The notes below the pieces were generated by a model. That model saw only the letters and a list, made by a program, of their open reading frames with translations. It was not told the origin of the DNA and searched no databases. A stretch of 64,000 bases of DNA from Macrostomum lignano (lineage: Eukaryota). The position numbers were made by a program, and so were the translations under genes. The DNA is taken from positions 212,468 through 276,467 of the forward strand of contig NIVC01001509.1 in NCBI GenBank assembly GCA_002269645.1, given 5' to 3'. This document shows positions 1-13,793 of this stretch, one piece after another (position 1 is the first letter of the stretch; each line of letters opens with the position of its first letter).

Positions 1-195
1 CCAATCTCACGATTTCTAATCTCACGATTTCTAATCTCACGATTTCTAATCTCACGATTTCTAATCTCACGATTTCCAATGTCACGATTTCTAATCTCAC
101 GATTTCTAATCTCACGATTTCTAATCTCACGATTTCCAATCTCATGATTTCTAATCTCATGATTTCTAATCTCATGATTTCTAATCTCATGACTT
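1..195. repeat. 15-bp tandem repeat (CTAATCTCACGATTT)n, running off the window start
   Basis: Unit read directly; about 12 copies with small variants. Confidence 0.9.
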
Positions 196-589
196 TAAGT
201 CTCGTAGACTTTTTCACAATGAATTTATTGCACAATCAAATATCTTATTTCAAAACTTAATATTCATCTTGCTACTAGCATTAGTAGTGTCATGAGGAGA
301 GCGCCGGTGTGCGCAATAAAACTGAAGATTTGAGGCTTCTGCGACACGACGCTTCGGAATTTTTTCTCTTGTTTGCCAGGAATCTGCGACGCAAGCGTGT
401 AAAGTCAGGAGTATGCGCAAAAATTCTTATTGAAGTCTGCAATCGGATTAAGGAGGCGCTTTGAAGGACCCAGCGCACTGGCCTGGCTAATCCCATGTTA
501 ATCTGTTTTGAAAGCCGTCTGCTTGAGCCGATTTCCTCCCAAACAGAGCATTTCCTTTGGTGCTCTTTTCACTGCCTGCCTGCCCGTTA

Positions 590-967
590 CTCTATTCATC
601 TACCTTTCACTCTACTTATCTACCTTTCACTCTACTTATCTACCTTTCACTCTACTTATCTACCTTTCACTCTACTTATCTACCTTTCATTCTACTTATC
701 TACCTTTCACTCTACTTATCTACCTTTCACTCTACTTATCTACCTTTCACTCTACTTATCTACCTTTCACTCTACTTATCTACCTTTCACTCTACTTATC
801 TGCCTGTCACTCTACTTATCTACCTTTCACTCTACTTATCTACCTTTCACTCTACTATCTACCTTTCACTCTACTTATCTACCTTTCACTCTACTTATCT
901 ACCTTTCACTCTACTTATCTACCTTTCATTCTACTTATCTACCTTTCAATCTACTTATCTGCCTGTC
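590..967. repeat. 20-bp minisatellite (TACCTTTCACTCTACTTATC)n, left part
   Basis: Direct tandem periodicity; the same array resumes at 2281. Confidence 0.9.
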
Positions 968-2280
968 TACCCCTTACGAGGGGCTGAACACTATCCTTAA
1001 CCTGCCTCCGCTTCACCTATTTATTAGGGCGGAGGCTATGAAGTCTGCCTCCCGGCTTATCAGAGATAAAACGTTAAATAACGCACCCTCTGGCTTTATG
1101 CCAATGAAAACATTAATCCCGCATATGGACTTTGTCCGCCGCGACCTCAACAACATCCACATGGACCTGGGCAATGTGGATAGTCGACCTCCCGCCCTCA
1201 ACATCAGGAGGGGCTTCAAGACCGCCATCCCTGGCCGAGACAATATTCCGCTGGATGTCGGTGTGAACCGGCGCAGCCAGGGCATTCACTGCTTCACCGA
1301 CGGCTCGCTGTTCAACGGCCGCGCTGGAGCGGGTATTGCCATTTTCCACGAGGGTAAGATGCTTTTCCAGGAAAGTCTGCACCTCGGTGAGAACACCTCA
1401 GTTTTCCAAGCTGAAATTTGCGCCATTGAGCAGTGTGCCCAGCAACTGCTTCAGGCGAGCATTAATAACTTTGACATTAATTTCTACACTGATAGCCAAG
1501 CTGCTATTAAGGCCTTAACCACTGAGAATATCTCCGCTGCTACAGTATCTCAATGCCACCGCAGAGTGCAATCTCTCTCAGTCCTTAACAGGATTAGAAT
1601 TATCTGGACACCTGGTCACAGCAACATCCTGGGCAACGAGCTCGCGGACTCTCTCGCCAAGGAGGGCAGCAACCCAGACGGCAACCATCGTCTGATGAGG
1701 CTACCCACTCCCAGGTCGCAAGTCACCCGCCATATCAACAGGTGGCTCCATCAGCAGCACCAGCTTCACTGGAACAGCTGCACCGAGTACAGGCAGAGCC
1801 GCTCTGCCATGCCTAACCTGAACAGGAAAGTCTCTGATTATCTGATTTCGCTTAACAGAACCGACCTCAGGGAGATGTGCATGGTCCTAACCGGCCATGG
1901 ATTCTTCCAGAGACATATCTCGTTGCAGACCGGTTGCCCTCCCACCTGTCCTTTCTGTGGCATAGGAGAGGAGACCGCGGAGCATCACGTCACCTTCTGC
2001 CCTCACTTCAACAAGGCGCGGCACAAATACCTCGGCCACCCCTAGCGGATGGACGAGCTGACCACCCCGGACAATATCCGTGACCTGCGCGCTTTCGTCC
2101 GGGACTCCGGCCGGATGAGGGTCGCCGATGCCTCCACTGCGAACCTGCCGACTACAGGCGGGGACTGGGCGCACCCCCAGGGTTAATCCTTGTGCTCTTT
2201 TACCTTGGGGTTGCGATAGGGGCCTCGCGGCCTATTCGCGGCGCCTGCGCCCCCCGTCAGTAGTAAGTAAGTAAGTAAGT
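968..2280 (+). mobile_element. 5'-truncated non-LTR retrotransposon (RNase H-bearing, I/R1/Loa-type group); 3' part of ORF2
   Basis: Translation shows RNase H motifs [20 protein letters not shown] and [15 protein letters not shown], then a CCHC knuckle CPFC-x8-H-x4-C. The element ends in a (TAAG)n tail at about 2260-2280. No RT domain is present. In-frame TAG at 2043-2045. Confidence 0.9.
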
Positions 2281-3148
2281 ATCTGCCTCTCACTCTACTT
2301 ATCTGCCTGTCACTCTACTTATCTGCCTGTCCCTCTACTTATCTGCCTGTCCCTCTACTTATCTTCCTGTCACTCTACTTATCTGCCTGTCACTCTACTT
2401 ATCTGCCTGTCCCTCTACTTATCTGCCTGTCCCTCTACTTATCTTCCTGTCACTCTACTTATCTGCCTGTCACTCTACTTATCGACCTTTCACTCTACTT
2501 ATCTACCTTTCACTCTACTTATCTACCTTTCACTCTACTTATCTGCCTGTCCCTCTACTTATCTGCCTGTCACTCTACTTATCGACCTTTCACTCTACTT
2601 ATCTTCCTGTCACTCTACTTATCTTCCTGTCACTCTACTTATCTACCTTTCACTCTACTTATCTGCCTGTCACTCTACTTATCTACCTTTCACTCTACTT
2701 ATCTACCTTTTACTCTACTTATCTGCCTGTCACTCTACTTATCTACCTTTCACTCTACTTATCTACCTTTCACTTTACTTGCCTACCTTTCACTCTACTT
2801 ATCTACCTTTCACTCTACTTATCTACCTTTCACTCTACTATCTACCTTTCACTCTACTTATCTACCTTTCACTCTACTTATCTACCTTTCACTCTACTTA
2901 TCTGCCTGTCACTCTACTTATCTACCTTTCACTCTACTTATCTTCCTGTCACTCTACTTATCTGCCTGTCACTCTACTTATCTTCCTGTCACTCTACTTA
3001 TCTACCTTTCACTCTACTTATCTACCTTTCACTCTACTTATCTGCCTGCCACTCTACTTATCTACCTTTCACTCTACTTATCTACCTTTCACTCTACTTA
3101 TCTACCTTTCACTCTACTTATCTACCTTTCACTCTACTTATCTGCCTG
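2281..3148. repeat. 20-bp minisatellite, right part (TGCCTGTCAC/TACCTTTCAC variants)
   Basis: Same unit as 590-967. Confidence 0.9.
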
Positions 3149-3675
3149 ACAAAGAATAAAGGGTAAAATAGAGGGAGAGATAGAGGGAGAGAGGAGACAG
3201 GAAGTTGAAGAGATGAGCAAAGTGTGTACTTACGGTTAGACACCGTTCATTGTCCATTGAATCAAGGTTGTTTGCCCCAAATTCTTGCCGGAGTTTGAAA
3301 GTGCAATAACCTAAATTTGTCACATCCAGCTCACTGTTTGACGCATTCACGGGCCTTACAAACGCGTTTTTTTTCAGTTTGAGATCCACAATGCGACAGG
3401 TACAGTGCCAGCCGTCTCGCCTGCGCTGCATGGCTTACCGTTCCGGAATATCCCGAGCTTCATTTAGGGGAGACTGGCGTTTCCGGAAACAAAGGGTTCT
3501 GGGGATTATTTTAGACAGTCTGATGACTGCTGCATGCTGTCATGCAGCTTTTCATCTCAGTCTGGTTTGACTGCTTCATTCTCTTATTGAGTTTTGCAGA
3601 CTATTTTTAACCTGTCAGATGTCGTTGGCACTCAGTGGGGCGATCAAATCAGCTGGATTTCTATTTTCTATCGGG

Positions 3676-3895
3676 CTGGACTCCAAACTGACTACATTTA
3701 CAGCAAGCTGGAATCCAAACTGACTACATTTACAGCAAGCTGGAATCCAAACTGACTACATTTACAGCAAGCTGGAATCCAAACTGACTACATTTACAGC
3801 AAGCTGGAATCCAAACTGACTACATTTACAGCAAGCTGGAATCCAAACTGACTACATTTACAGCAAGCTGGAATCCAAACTGACTACATTTACAG
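3676..3895. repeat. 32-bp tandem repeat (GGAATCCAAACTGACTACATTTACAGCAAGCT), about 7 copies
   Basis: Direct periodicity. Confidence 0.9.
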
Positions 3896-4436
3896 CCTAA
3901 AAATAGAACGAAAGGCGCTGAGCATCGTGGAAGTTAAAGTTGAGACAAGAATGGAGCGGATTAGTTCTAATCGAGCCAGCTTATGTAGTTTCCTTCGCGA
4001 CAAGTCCGTGACTATTCGAGTTTACGAATCTCTGGCCTGGGAAAGTACACTTTGAAGGCGTCAAAACTTACTTAGATCGGGACTGAGTTAAGGCGGCTCG
4101 AACCCATAATCCATTATTAATTACTCACAGCAGGCAGTGCGTTTAATCCGCAAAGCCTCTATAAAGCTCAAGCAATGAACTGTATCCGCATTAGCCTTTT
4201 CTCTAGATTTATAGTTCCAGCAGTGCTTTGCCGGGAGAAACTTTCTGACCTAGGAGAAAACAAACTTTGAGGGTCGTGTTAAAAATCAGCAGCGGATGTC
4301 TCGTATTCGCGTATGACAAGCCGCGGCGCTGGTGATGGTCACCTCACACTGGTCTCATCCTAAAGCAGGGGTCGGCTAACTTGTTTACCTGACGGGCCAG
4401 ATAGAGAACCCCTAAAGCATGACTGCGGTCCGGATT

Positions 4437-4705
4437 AGGGGAGAGAGGAGAGGGGATAGAGAAGAGAAAGAAGGGAGATAGGAGAAAGGAAAGATGAGAG
4501 AATAAAGAAAAGAGTAGACGAGAGGAGAGGACAGAGGGGAGAGGGGAGGAGAGAGGGGAGGAGAGAGGGGAGGAGAGAGGGGAGGAGAGAGGGGAGGAGA
4601 GAGGGGAGGAGAGAGGGGAGAGACAAGGCAGGAGAGAGGAGAGGAGAGGAGAGGAGAGGAGAGGAGAGGAGAGGAGAGACGAGGCGGGAGAGAGGAGAGC
4701 AGAGA
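4437..4705. repeat. GA-rich low-complexity / (GGAGA)n microsatellite
   Basis: Purine-only tract. Confidence 0.85.
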
Positions 4706-5200
4706 GCGGACCTGAGTTTGCCGACCCTTGTCCTAAAGGCTCACCTACAAACACGGAAGTCTCATCCATAAAAGCCAGTTGCATGGGGATACTTATTGCT
4801 TAGCCGAAACGCGGGTCCGTGGCGGATTCGGACAGAGAGCAGCGAAATGCTTGTTGTAGCAATAAATTAAAATCGGCAACGCCCTGTCTCTCGGCTTCCT
4901 GAAGTGAGGATCGGGAAGAGGAAAAGCGGATTAGCCCCTGCACAGGGGGCAGCTGGGAGGGGAAGCCAACTGATGACGGAATAATGCACCAACAGCTAAT
5001 GACAGTCAGCAAAGTTTGCAACCAGTCCAGCCTGCACTGGATTTCAGCTGCCCTATCTAGTTCCCTCCGAATAGTGCTCCCACTGCTGGCATGGGCTGCT
5101 TTGTTTTTCTTTTTGTTCGAAAAAATCCTTCGATTCCGAGTTCAAGTGGTGGAAATTCGAAGACGGAAGATGTTTGATTGGTTTATTGTTCTGTGCTTTT

Positions 5201-7040
5201 CTGGCCGATTTTCATGCCCGAGCTCCAAATGAAAGTGGCTTGAAGCTCATAGAAGGCCTTGGAAAACTCGATGTACAGCAGGTCTCAGGCCGATTTTCAT
5301 GCCCGAGCTCCAAATGAAAGTGGCTTGAAGCTCATAGAAGGCCTTGGAAAACTCGATGTACAGCAGGTCTCTGGCCGATTTTCATGCCCGAGCTCCAAAT
5401 GAAAGTGGCTTGAAGCTCATAGAAGGCCTTGGAAAACTCGATGTACAGCAGGTCTCAGGCCGATTTTCATGCCCGAGCTCCAAATGAAAGTGGCTTGAAG
5501 CTCATAGAAGGCCTTGGAAAACTCGATGTACAGCAGGTCTCAGGCCGATTTTCATGCCCGAGCTCCAAATGAAAGTGGCTTGAAGCTCATAGAAGGCCTT
5601 GGAAAACTCGATGTACAGCAGGTCTCAGGCCGATTTTCATGCCCGAGCTCCAAATGAAAGTGGCTTGAAGCTCATAGAAGGCCTTGGAAAACTCGATGTA
5701 CAGCAGGTCTCAGGCCGATTTTCATGCCCGAGCTCCAAATGAAAGTGGCTTGAAGCTCATAGAAGGCCTTGGAAAACTCGATGTACAGCAGGTCTCAGGC
5801 CGATTTTCATGCCCGAGCTCCAAATGAAAGTGGCTTGAAGCTCATAGAAGGCCTTGGAAAACTCGATGTACAGCAGGTCTCAGGCCGATTTTCATGCCCG
5901 AGCTCCAAATGAAAGTGGCTTGAAGCTCATAGAAGGCCTTGGAAAACTCGATGTACAGCAGGTCTCAGGCCGATTTTCATGCCCGAGCTCCAAATGAAAG
6001 TGGCTTGAAGCTCATAGAAGGCCTTGGAAAACTCGATGTACAGCAGGTCTCAGGCCGATTTTCATGCCCGAGCTCCAAATGAAAGTGGCTTGAAGCTCAT
6101 AGAAGGCCTTGGAAAACTCGATGTACAGCAGGTCTCAGGCCGATTTTCATGCCCGAGCTCCAAATGAAAGTGGCTGAAGCTCATAGAAGGCCTTGGAAAA
6201 CTCGATGTACAGCAGGTCTCAGGCCGATTTTCATGCCCGAGCTCCAAATGAAAGTGGCTTGAAGCTCATAGAAGGCCTTGGAAAACTCGATGTACAGCAG
6301 GTCTCAGGCCGATTTTCATGCCCGAGCTCCAAATGAAAGTGGCTTGAAGCTCATAGAAGGCCTTGGAAAACTCGATGTACAGCAGGTCTCAGGCCGATTT
6401 TCATGCCCGAGCTCCAAATGAAAGTGGCTTGAAGCTCATAGAAGGCCTTGGAAAACTCGATGTACAGCAGGTCTCTGGCCGATTTTCATGCCCGAGCTCC
6501 AAATGAAAGTGGCTTGAAGCTCATAGAAGGCCTTGGAAAACTCGATGTACAGCAGGTCTCAGGCCGATTTTCATGCCCGAGCTCCAAATGAAAGTGGCTT
6601 GAAGCTCATAGAAGGCCTTGGAAAACTCGATGTACAGCAGGTCTCAGGCCGATTTTCATGCCCGAGCTCCAAATGAAAGTGGCTTGAAGCTCATAGAAGG
6701 CCTTGGAAAACTCGATGTACAGCAGGTCTCTGGCCGATTTTCATGCCCGAGCTCCAAATGAAAGTGGCTTGAAGCTCATAGAAGGCCTTGGAAAACTCGA
6801 TGTACAGCAGGTCTCAGGCCGATTTTCATGCCCGAGCTCCAAATGAAAGTGGCTTGAAGCTCATAGAAGGCCTTGGAAAACTCGATGTACAGCGGTCTCA
6901 GGCCGATTTTCATGCCGAGCTCCAAATGAAAGTGGCTTGAAGCTCATAGAAGGCCTTGGAAAACTCGATGTACAGCGGGTCTCAGGCCGATTTTCATGCA
7001 CGAGCTCCAAATGAAAGTGGCTTGAAGCTCATAGAAGGTC
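5201..7040. repeat. 85-bp satellite, about 21 near-identical copies
   Basis: GGTCT recurs at 5281 and 5366 (85-bp period). Confidence 0.92.
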
Positions 7041-7934
7041 TAGGAAAATTGAAGAAAGTAACTTTTGGTTCAGCTTTGACTGAATGGCCTAATTCATTCA
7101 GTTTTTAATACAGAGTTACCGCGGCTTAGAGGTAGCCGTCTTCTTTTGGTGTCTTTAGGAGAATCCGAACCTCTTGGGGGTTATTGAATAGTCTCTTTGA
7201 TGCTTAAGAGAATCACTTCTATAGGTTGAGAAACGTGGGGAACATTATCGAGAGTTTCAGATAGACCTGTTTACAGGCTTCACTCCGCTGGTTAGGGTTA
7301 GGGTTAGGGCTTGGTTAGTTTACCTTGGTGCCTTAATGAATTGGTGTCCTTTCGTATGTTTTCTGAGGCCAGTCTGTGGGACGATATGCCTGAAGCACTA
7401 AGCGCCAGTGGCACCAGCTCCCGCTACAATTTCTGAAGGGACAATATAGCTTCGATATGTCACTTGGAGAGTCCTTCAATCGGAAGACAACCGTGTGCCA
7501 CTGATTGGCGCTTGAAGTGCAAACGTGGGCGACAAAAACTGGGCAGCTTGAGCATCCTCTTTTTACCCCCTGTCTCAAAGGAGTTGTTAAGCAAGGAGCG
7601 AATTCCAAATGTGGAGGGCCTAAAGCTAATCAAGCTGATTGGGGGGCCCAGGTGGCGGCCTTTCTTTTCAAGTCTCCATCGCAGCGGCCTCTGCTTCAGA
7701 AGTGCGTCTGCCTTGCCTCTTGTCCTCTCCTGGCAGAGCCGGTCATAGGCTGACTTGAACAGCCAACTGTGACAGAGAGGCGGCGGAACTTCGTGCCCGG
7801 CTTTAAAACTGTAGAGCTCGTGCCGAGGAATTGAGTAACTACAGCTGAGCTGAGCTGGAACTGGGCACTGATTTGTTTTGGAAGCGAGCCTAACCGAAAA
7901 AGTGTGTGAGAGACAGAGATAGCGTGACAAGGTG

Positions 7935-10444
7935 ATGCCATTTTACCTGGAAGACTACGAGGTGGAGTTGTACGCCACGATTGGGGAGTATCGGGTGCAC
8001 AAGTGGCTGAACTGGGTTGCCAGCCCTGCCCTGTTCTGCATTGGCACAGCGGGCAACGTTCTGCTCATCTGGTTGCTTCTGCCAAACTGCAAGGCTACAG
8101 CCACGTACAGGTATCTGGTGCTGCTCGGGCTGCTCGACCAGATGGTCCTGACGTCTGGCCTGCTCAGCCGGTGGCTGCAGCACGCCTTTGGCTTCAGCCT
8201 GGAGCGCACGGGCTTAGTCGCATGCCTGATTAACAAGTTCGCGTCGTACTTTGCCAGCACATGCTCAGCGCTGCTAATTGGCGTGGTCTCGCTGGAACGA
8301 GCACTGGCGATTCGCAGCCCGCTGCGAGCGGCCCGCATGCAGTCCGGCCGGCGGCTTCGCCTGGTCATGTTGGCCGTGGTGACGTTCAGCCTGCTGGCCA
8401 ATTGCCACTGGCTGTTCATCCTGGACCATCACTACGTTTCAGCGTCAGACGACGACGTCAACGCCACCAATGCCAGCTTCGAGGCCTACCCGATGTGCGA
8501 CATTCGCGAGTCGGCCCAACACCTGAGCAGCATTCTCAGCGTGGCTGACGCCGTACTGTACTCGGTTGTGCCGCTAGTTGTCATCTTCACCTGCAACGCC
8601 ACCACCATAGCCAAACTGCGACAGGCTCGGCTGCGGCGCCTGCGGCAGCTCAGCGCTGTCGGTTTGGACGAGACCGCGCCTGGCGTCTCCGCGACCAAGG
8701 TCAAAACCAAAACGACGAATTCGCGTTCGCCGGAGCTGGTGCACTGGAGGGCAGGAGGAGCGCGAGATGGTAGGTTGAGCTAGCTCACGGAAATTCAGTG
8801 CACTGGGACAACTTTGACTTCTTGAAGAAGTCGCAGTTGAGCACAGCCTCATAATGACCACTGCTTCTGAGAAGAAGCTAAAATGCAACGCTTTCTGGGT
8901 ATTGAGGAGCCGGGAGGTCTAGCTCGTAATAGTTGATGGGATTCTCGAACTCAACAGTCTGTTGAAAAAAAGAAAGAAAGAAAAAACTGCTCTTTCACAT
9001 CGATTGCCAAATCTGGATCCAGAGCAGGTGAGCCAGAGAGCCAGTGCTCTAGACGTCCCCGAGCTTCTTTGATCCTCATATCGAGAGCTGATCAAAGCAC
9101 TGCCTGCTCTCTTTTGTGCCCGAGTGCAAAGTCAGTGAGCAGGTGCAATATAGTGCCCGAGTGCAAAGTCGGTGAGCAGGTGCAATATAGTGTTTTCGGC
9201 TTAATTAGCTATAATGTAGAGATTTTTATTTAAAGTCAGGTAAGCTGCTTACTCGACAATGCAAACTCGTCTCGCGGCAAGGTTCCGTAGGTACGTCCAG
9301 TTGTGCAAAGTTAGAACGCACACAAATCACTTGGATTTTATCTAATTTTCAAGGCTTAATTAGGGGCAAAAACGTCAGTGTGACATGCAGTTGATTCACA
9401 AAGTTAACCAAAGAATTTGAGCGAAGCTTACAAAACTAATTGAAGCTAGAACAATAATTGCCATATCTATCTGCCAATTTGATGTCAGAAAAAGAGACGG
9501 AAAGGCCAAAGTGCGCCTCGGCCTCTGCACAAAGCCCAGCACTTCAAAAGTACTTTTCCATACTAACTTGCAGGCAGAATGGCCGAGCATGGCTCTAGAC
9601 TTACCCTCATTTTTCGTAGATTTGCTCAAGGGAGAGAAAAAAGGGGCGCCCCTAAGATGAGCTCGAACGAACACCCACTGGCACATTCCCAGGCAAAGTG
9701 ACCGCCGATGCAGAAGTGACCGCCCCGCTGGGCGGCAGCAGCAGCGGGAGCGGAAGTCGGATCCGTGAACTGGCGAACGTTAGCGTCTGCGGCAGCGGCG
9801 TCAGCGGCGGCAGCCACGTACGAAGCCCCATGAACCGTAGGGCGAGCGTACAACAGGTGACAGTGCTCCTGTTGTCAATCTCAACCTTCTACCTGGTGGC
9901 GTCGCTGCCCGTGGCCCTGCTGAAGATCCTCACAACCATCGCCGGGGTCATCGACACGAACGCCGTGAACTCGGACTATCGAATGTACTCCCAGTACAGA
10001 CTGGCCGAGACCATCACCTACCTGTGCATGTACTCGAATCACGCGGTGAATTTTTTTCTTTACTGCGCTTCCGGTCAGCGCATCCGGGCGGAGCTTCGGT
10101 CTCGACTGTCCCGCTTGTGCAGCTGCAACAAGAGCCGAAGTCGGCGGCATCGGCAGCAGCGCAGGTGGCGGCAGCAGTACCCGCAACGCCACGGTTCGGA
10201 CGTACCTCAGCAGCGACAGCAGCAGCAGAATCAGGGCGAGGAGCTGCCACTGATGCAGATGAAGCAGTTGGAGCAACGAGACCAGCTGCTCAGCATAATG
10301 GAATCTCCGGTAGCCGAACACAAGGAGCAACAGCAAAATAAATTTGCGGCTGTGCAGAAAGAAACAAATTTTGCAAACTCTTTTCACCTGTACCGATCTC
10401 CAAAATTGGCCAAGTTTCCAGGGGAGAGGCATAACAGCATCTGA
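7935..10444 (+). CDS. Rhodopsin-family (class A) peptide-receptor-like GPCR; exons 7935-8769 and 9693-10444
   Basis: Seven hydrophobic segments: TM1 GTAGNVL, TM3 C...SLERALAI (DRY variant), TM7 NHAVNFFLY. Phase-1 intron GATG|GTAGGT ... TTCCCAG|GC joins the two ORFs in frame within ICL3. Confidence 0.88.
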
Positions 10445-10445
10445 A

Positions 10446-12347
10446 GTGACTGTTTCAACAGTGTCAAATGTGTCTTGTAAGTGACTGTTGCAACAGTGTC
10501 AAATGTGTCTTGTAAGTGACTGTTGCAACAGTGTCAAATGTGTCTTGTAAGTGACTGTTGCAACAGTGTCAAATGTGTCTTGTAAGTGACTGTTGCAACA
10601 GTGTCAAATGTGTCTTGTAAGTGACTGTTTCAACAGTGTCAAATGTGTCTTGTAAGTGACTGTTGCAACAGTGTCAAATTTGTCTTGTAAGTGACTGTTT
10701 CAACGGTGTCAAATGTGTCTTGTAAGTGACTGTTGCAACAGTGTCAAATGTGTCTTGTAAGTGACTGTTGCAACAGTGTCAAATGTGTCTTGTAAGTGAC
10801 TGTTTCAACGGTGTCAAATGTGTCTTGTAAGTGACTGTTGCAACAGTGTCAAATGTGTCTTGTAAGTGACTGTTGCAACAGTGTCAAATGTGTCTTGTAA
10901 GTGACTGTTGCAACAGTGTCAAATGTGTCTTGTAAGTGACTGTTGCAACAGTGTCAAATGTGTCTTGTAAGTGACTGTTGCAACAGTGTCAAATGTGTCT
11001 TGTAAGTGACTGTTGCAACAGTGTCAAATGTGTCTTGTAAGTGACTGTTGCAACAGTGTCAAATGTGTCTTGTAAGTGACTGTTGCAACAGTGTCAAATG
11101 TGTCTTGTAAGTGACTGTTGCAACAGTGTCAAATGTGTCTTGTAAGTGACTGTTGCAACAGTGTCAAATGTGTCTTGTAAGTGACTGTTGCAACAGTGTC
11201 AAATGTGTCTTGTAAGTGACTGTTGCAACAGTGTCAAATGTGTCTTGTAAGTGACTGTTGCAACAGTGTCAAATGTGTCTTGTAAGTGACTGTTGCAACG
11301 GTGTCAAATGTGTCTTGTAAGTGACTGTTTCAACGGTGTCAAATGTGTCTTGTAAGTGACTGTTGCAACAGTGTCAAATGTGTCTTGTAAGTGACTGTTG
11401 CAACAGTGTCAAATGTGTCTTGTAAGTGACTGTTGCAACAGTGTCAAATGTGTCTTGTAAGTGACTGTTGCAACAGTGTCAAATGTGTCTTGTAAGTGAC
11501 TGTTGCAACAGTGTCAAATGTGTCTTGTAAGTGACTGTTGCAACAGTGTCAAATGTGTCTTGTAAGTGACTGTTGCAACAGTGTCAAATGTGTCTTGTAA
11601 GTGACTGTTGCAACAGTGTCAAATGTGTCTTGTAAGTGACTGTTGCAACAGTGTCAAATGTGTCTTGTAAGTGACTGTTGCAACAGTGTCAAATGTGTCT
11701 TGTAAGTGACTGTTGCAACAGTGTCAAATGTGTCTTGTAAGTGACTGTTGCAACAGTGTCAAATGTGTCTTGTAAGTGACTGTTGCAACAGTGTCAAATG
11801 TGTCTTGTAAGTGACTGTTGCAACAGTGTCAAATGTGTCTTGTAAGTGACTGTTGCAACAGTGTCAAATGTGTCTTGTAAGTGACTGTTGCAACAGTGTC
11901 AAATGTGTCTTGTAAGTGACTGTTGCAACAGTGTCAAATGTGTCTTGTAAGTGACTGTTGCAACAGTGTCAAATGTGTCTTGTAAGTGACTGTTTCAACA
12001 GTGTCAAATGTGTCTTGTAAGTGACTGTTGCAACAGTGTCAAATGTGTCTTGTAAGTGACTGTTGCAACAGTGTCAAATGTGTCTTGTAAGTGACTGTTG
12101 CAACAGTGTCAAATGTGTCTTGTAAGTGACTGTTGCAACAGTGTCAAATGTGTCTTGTAAGTGACTGTTGCAACAGTGTCAAATGTGTCTTGTAAGTGAC
12201 TGTTGCAACAGTGTCAAATGTGTCTTGTAAGTGACTGTTGCAACAGTGTCAAATGTGTCTTGTAAGTGACTGTTGCAACAGTGTCAAATGTGTCTTGTAA
12301 GTGACTGTTGCAACAGTGTCAAATGTGTCTTGTAAGTGACTGTTGCA
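10446..12347. repeat. 35-bp minisatellite (GTGACTGTTGCAACAGTGTCAAATGTGTCTTGTAA), about 54 copies
   Basis: Direct periodicity; no variable spacers. Confidence 0.95.
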
Positions 12348-13127
12348 GCAATGTCAGCAGAAGCAAGAACGTTTGATGTTTGAACGTTTTTGTCTCCACC
12401 TTTTTTGAAGATGTCCAACTTCATGTTAATGCACCTGACCTCGTCCCAGCAGAACACCCGGCCCAACATCTGTTTCTTGGTTCTTTCTTAGAACCAGTCT
12501 GTGTATTTTTGTTTCATCACAAGTCGCGAATTATTTATCCACTGCCTGTTGTTTTTCTCGTCCTGATCAAACGCTTATTAACACTAAAGGCTGTATTCGT
12601 AGTCCCTGGCACGGCCACTGCTGCTAAATGAAAATATATTTATAGTCACAAAGAAATCTTGTTGCTTTGTATTTTCCGCTTAAAAGATTTGAAAGCGAAT
12701 TATTCAGATCGATGCCTGGATAAAAAATGGGGCTGGCTGATTTTTTCTACTGAAATAAAGACTTTCAGCTCGGCTCTGCCAATCAATGACGTTTGGCACC
12801 GAAAGACCGGCTTGTGTTCGAATGAGGGGTGGGTAGGGACCGAGCTGGACTATTGGGGCCCGAACCACGCCCTTTCCACCATCGGGTTTTGACTGAGAGA
12901 GACTCATCACCGCGAGCCGATCAACAGTAACTCGATATCGACTGTGACATCTCACTCCCACACTCCCATCTCTGTTGAGGGGTGCCTGCCACATATATAA
13001 AGCCTGCAATAATGCAAGGCTGCAAATCTCCCTGTCGAATCTCTGTTCGGAAGTCTTCATTCTTTCAATATTAGATCACAGCATGGTTGGTTGAATTCCA
13101 GGTAGGAGTTTCATTCATCCATTTGTC

Positions 13128-13790
<663 letters not shown>

Positions 13791-13793
13791 GGT

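Noticed and set aside
290-470. Possible terminal exon (+) ending ...EVCNRIKEAL*
   Set aside because: Open for about 55 codons but with no recognisable motif or clear acceptor.
495-1000. N-terminal half of the 516-aa ORF and overlapping ORFs
   Set aside because: Translation of the 20-bp repeat; only the part after ~968 is LINE ORF2.
7292-7309. Interstitial telomere (TTAGGG)3
   Set aside because: Only three units; too short to support any claim.
10446-12347. CRISPR array (35-bp palindromic repeat)
   Set aside because: Units are contiguous with no unique spacers, there are no cas genes, and the context is eukaryotic. The same applies to all other arrays.
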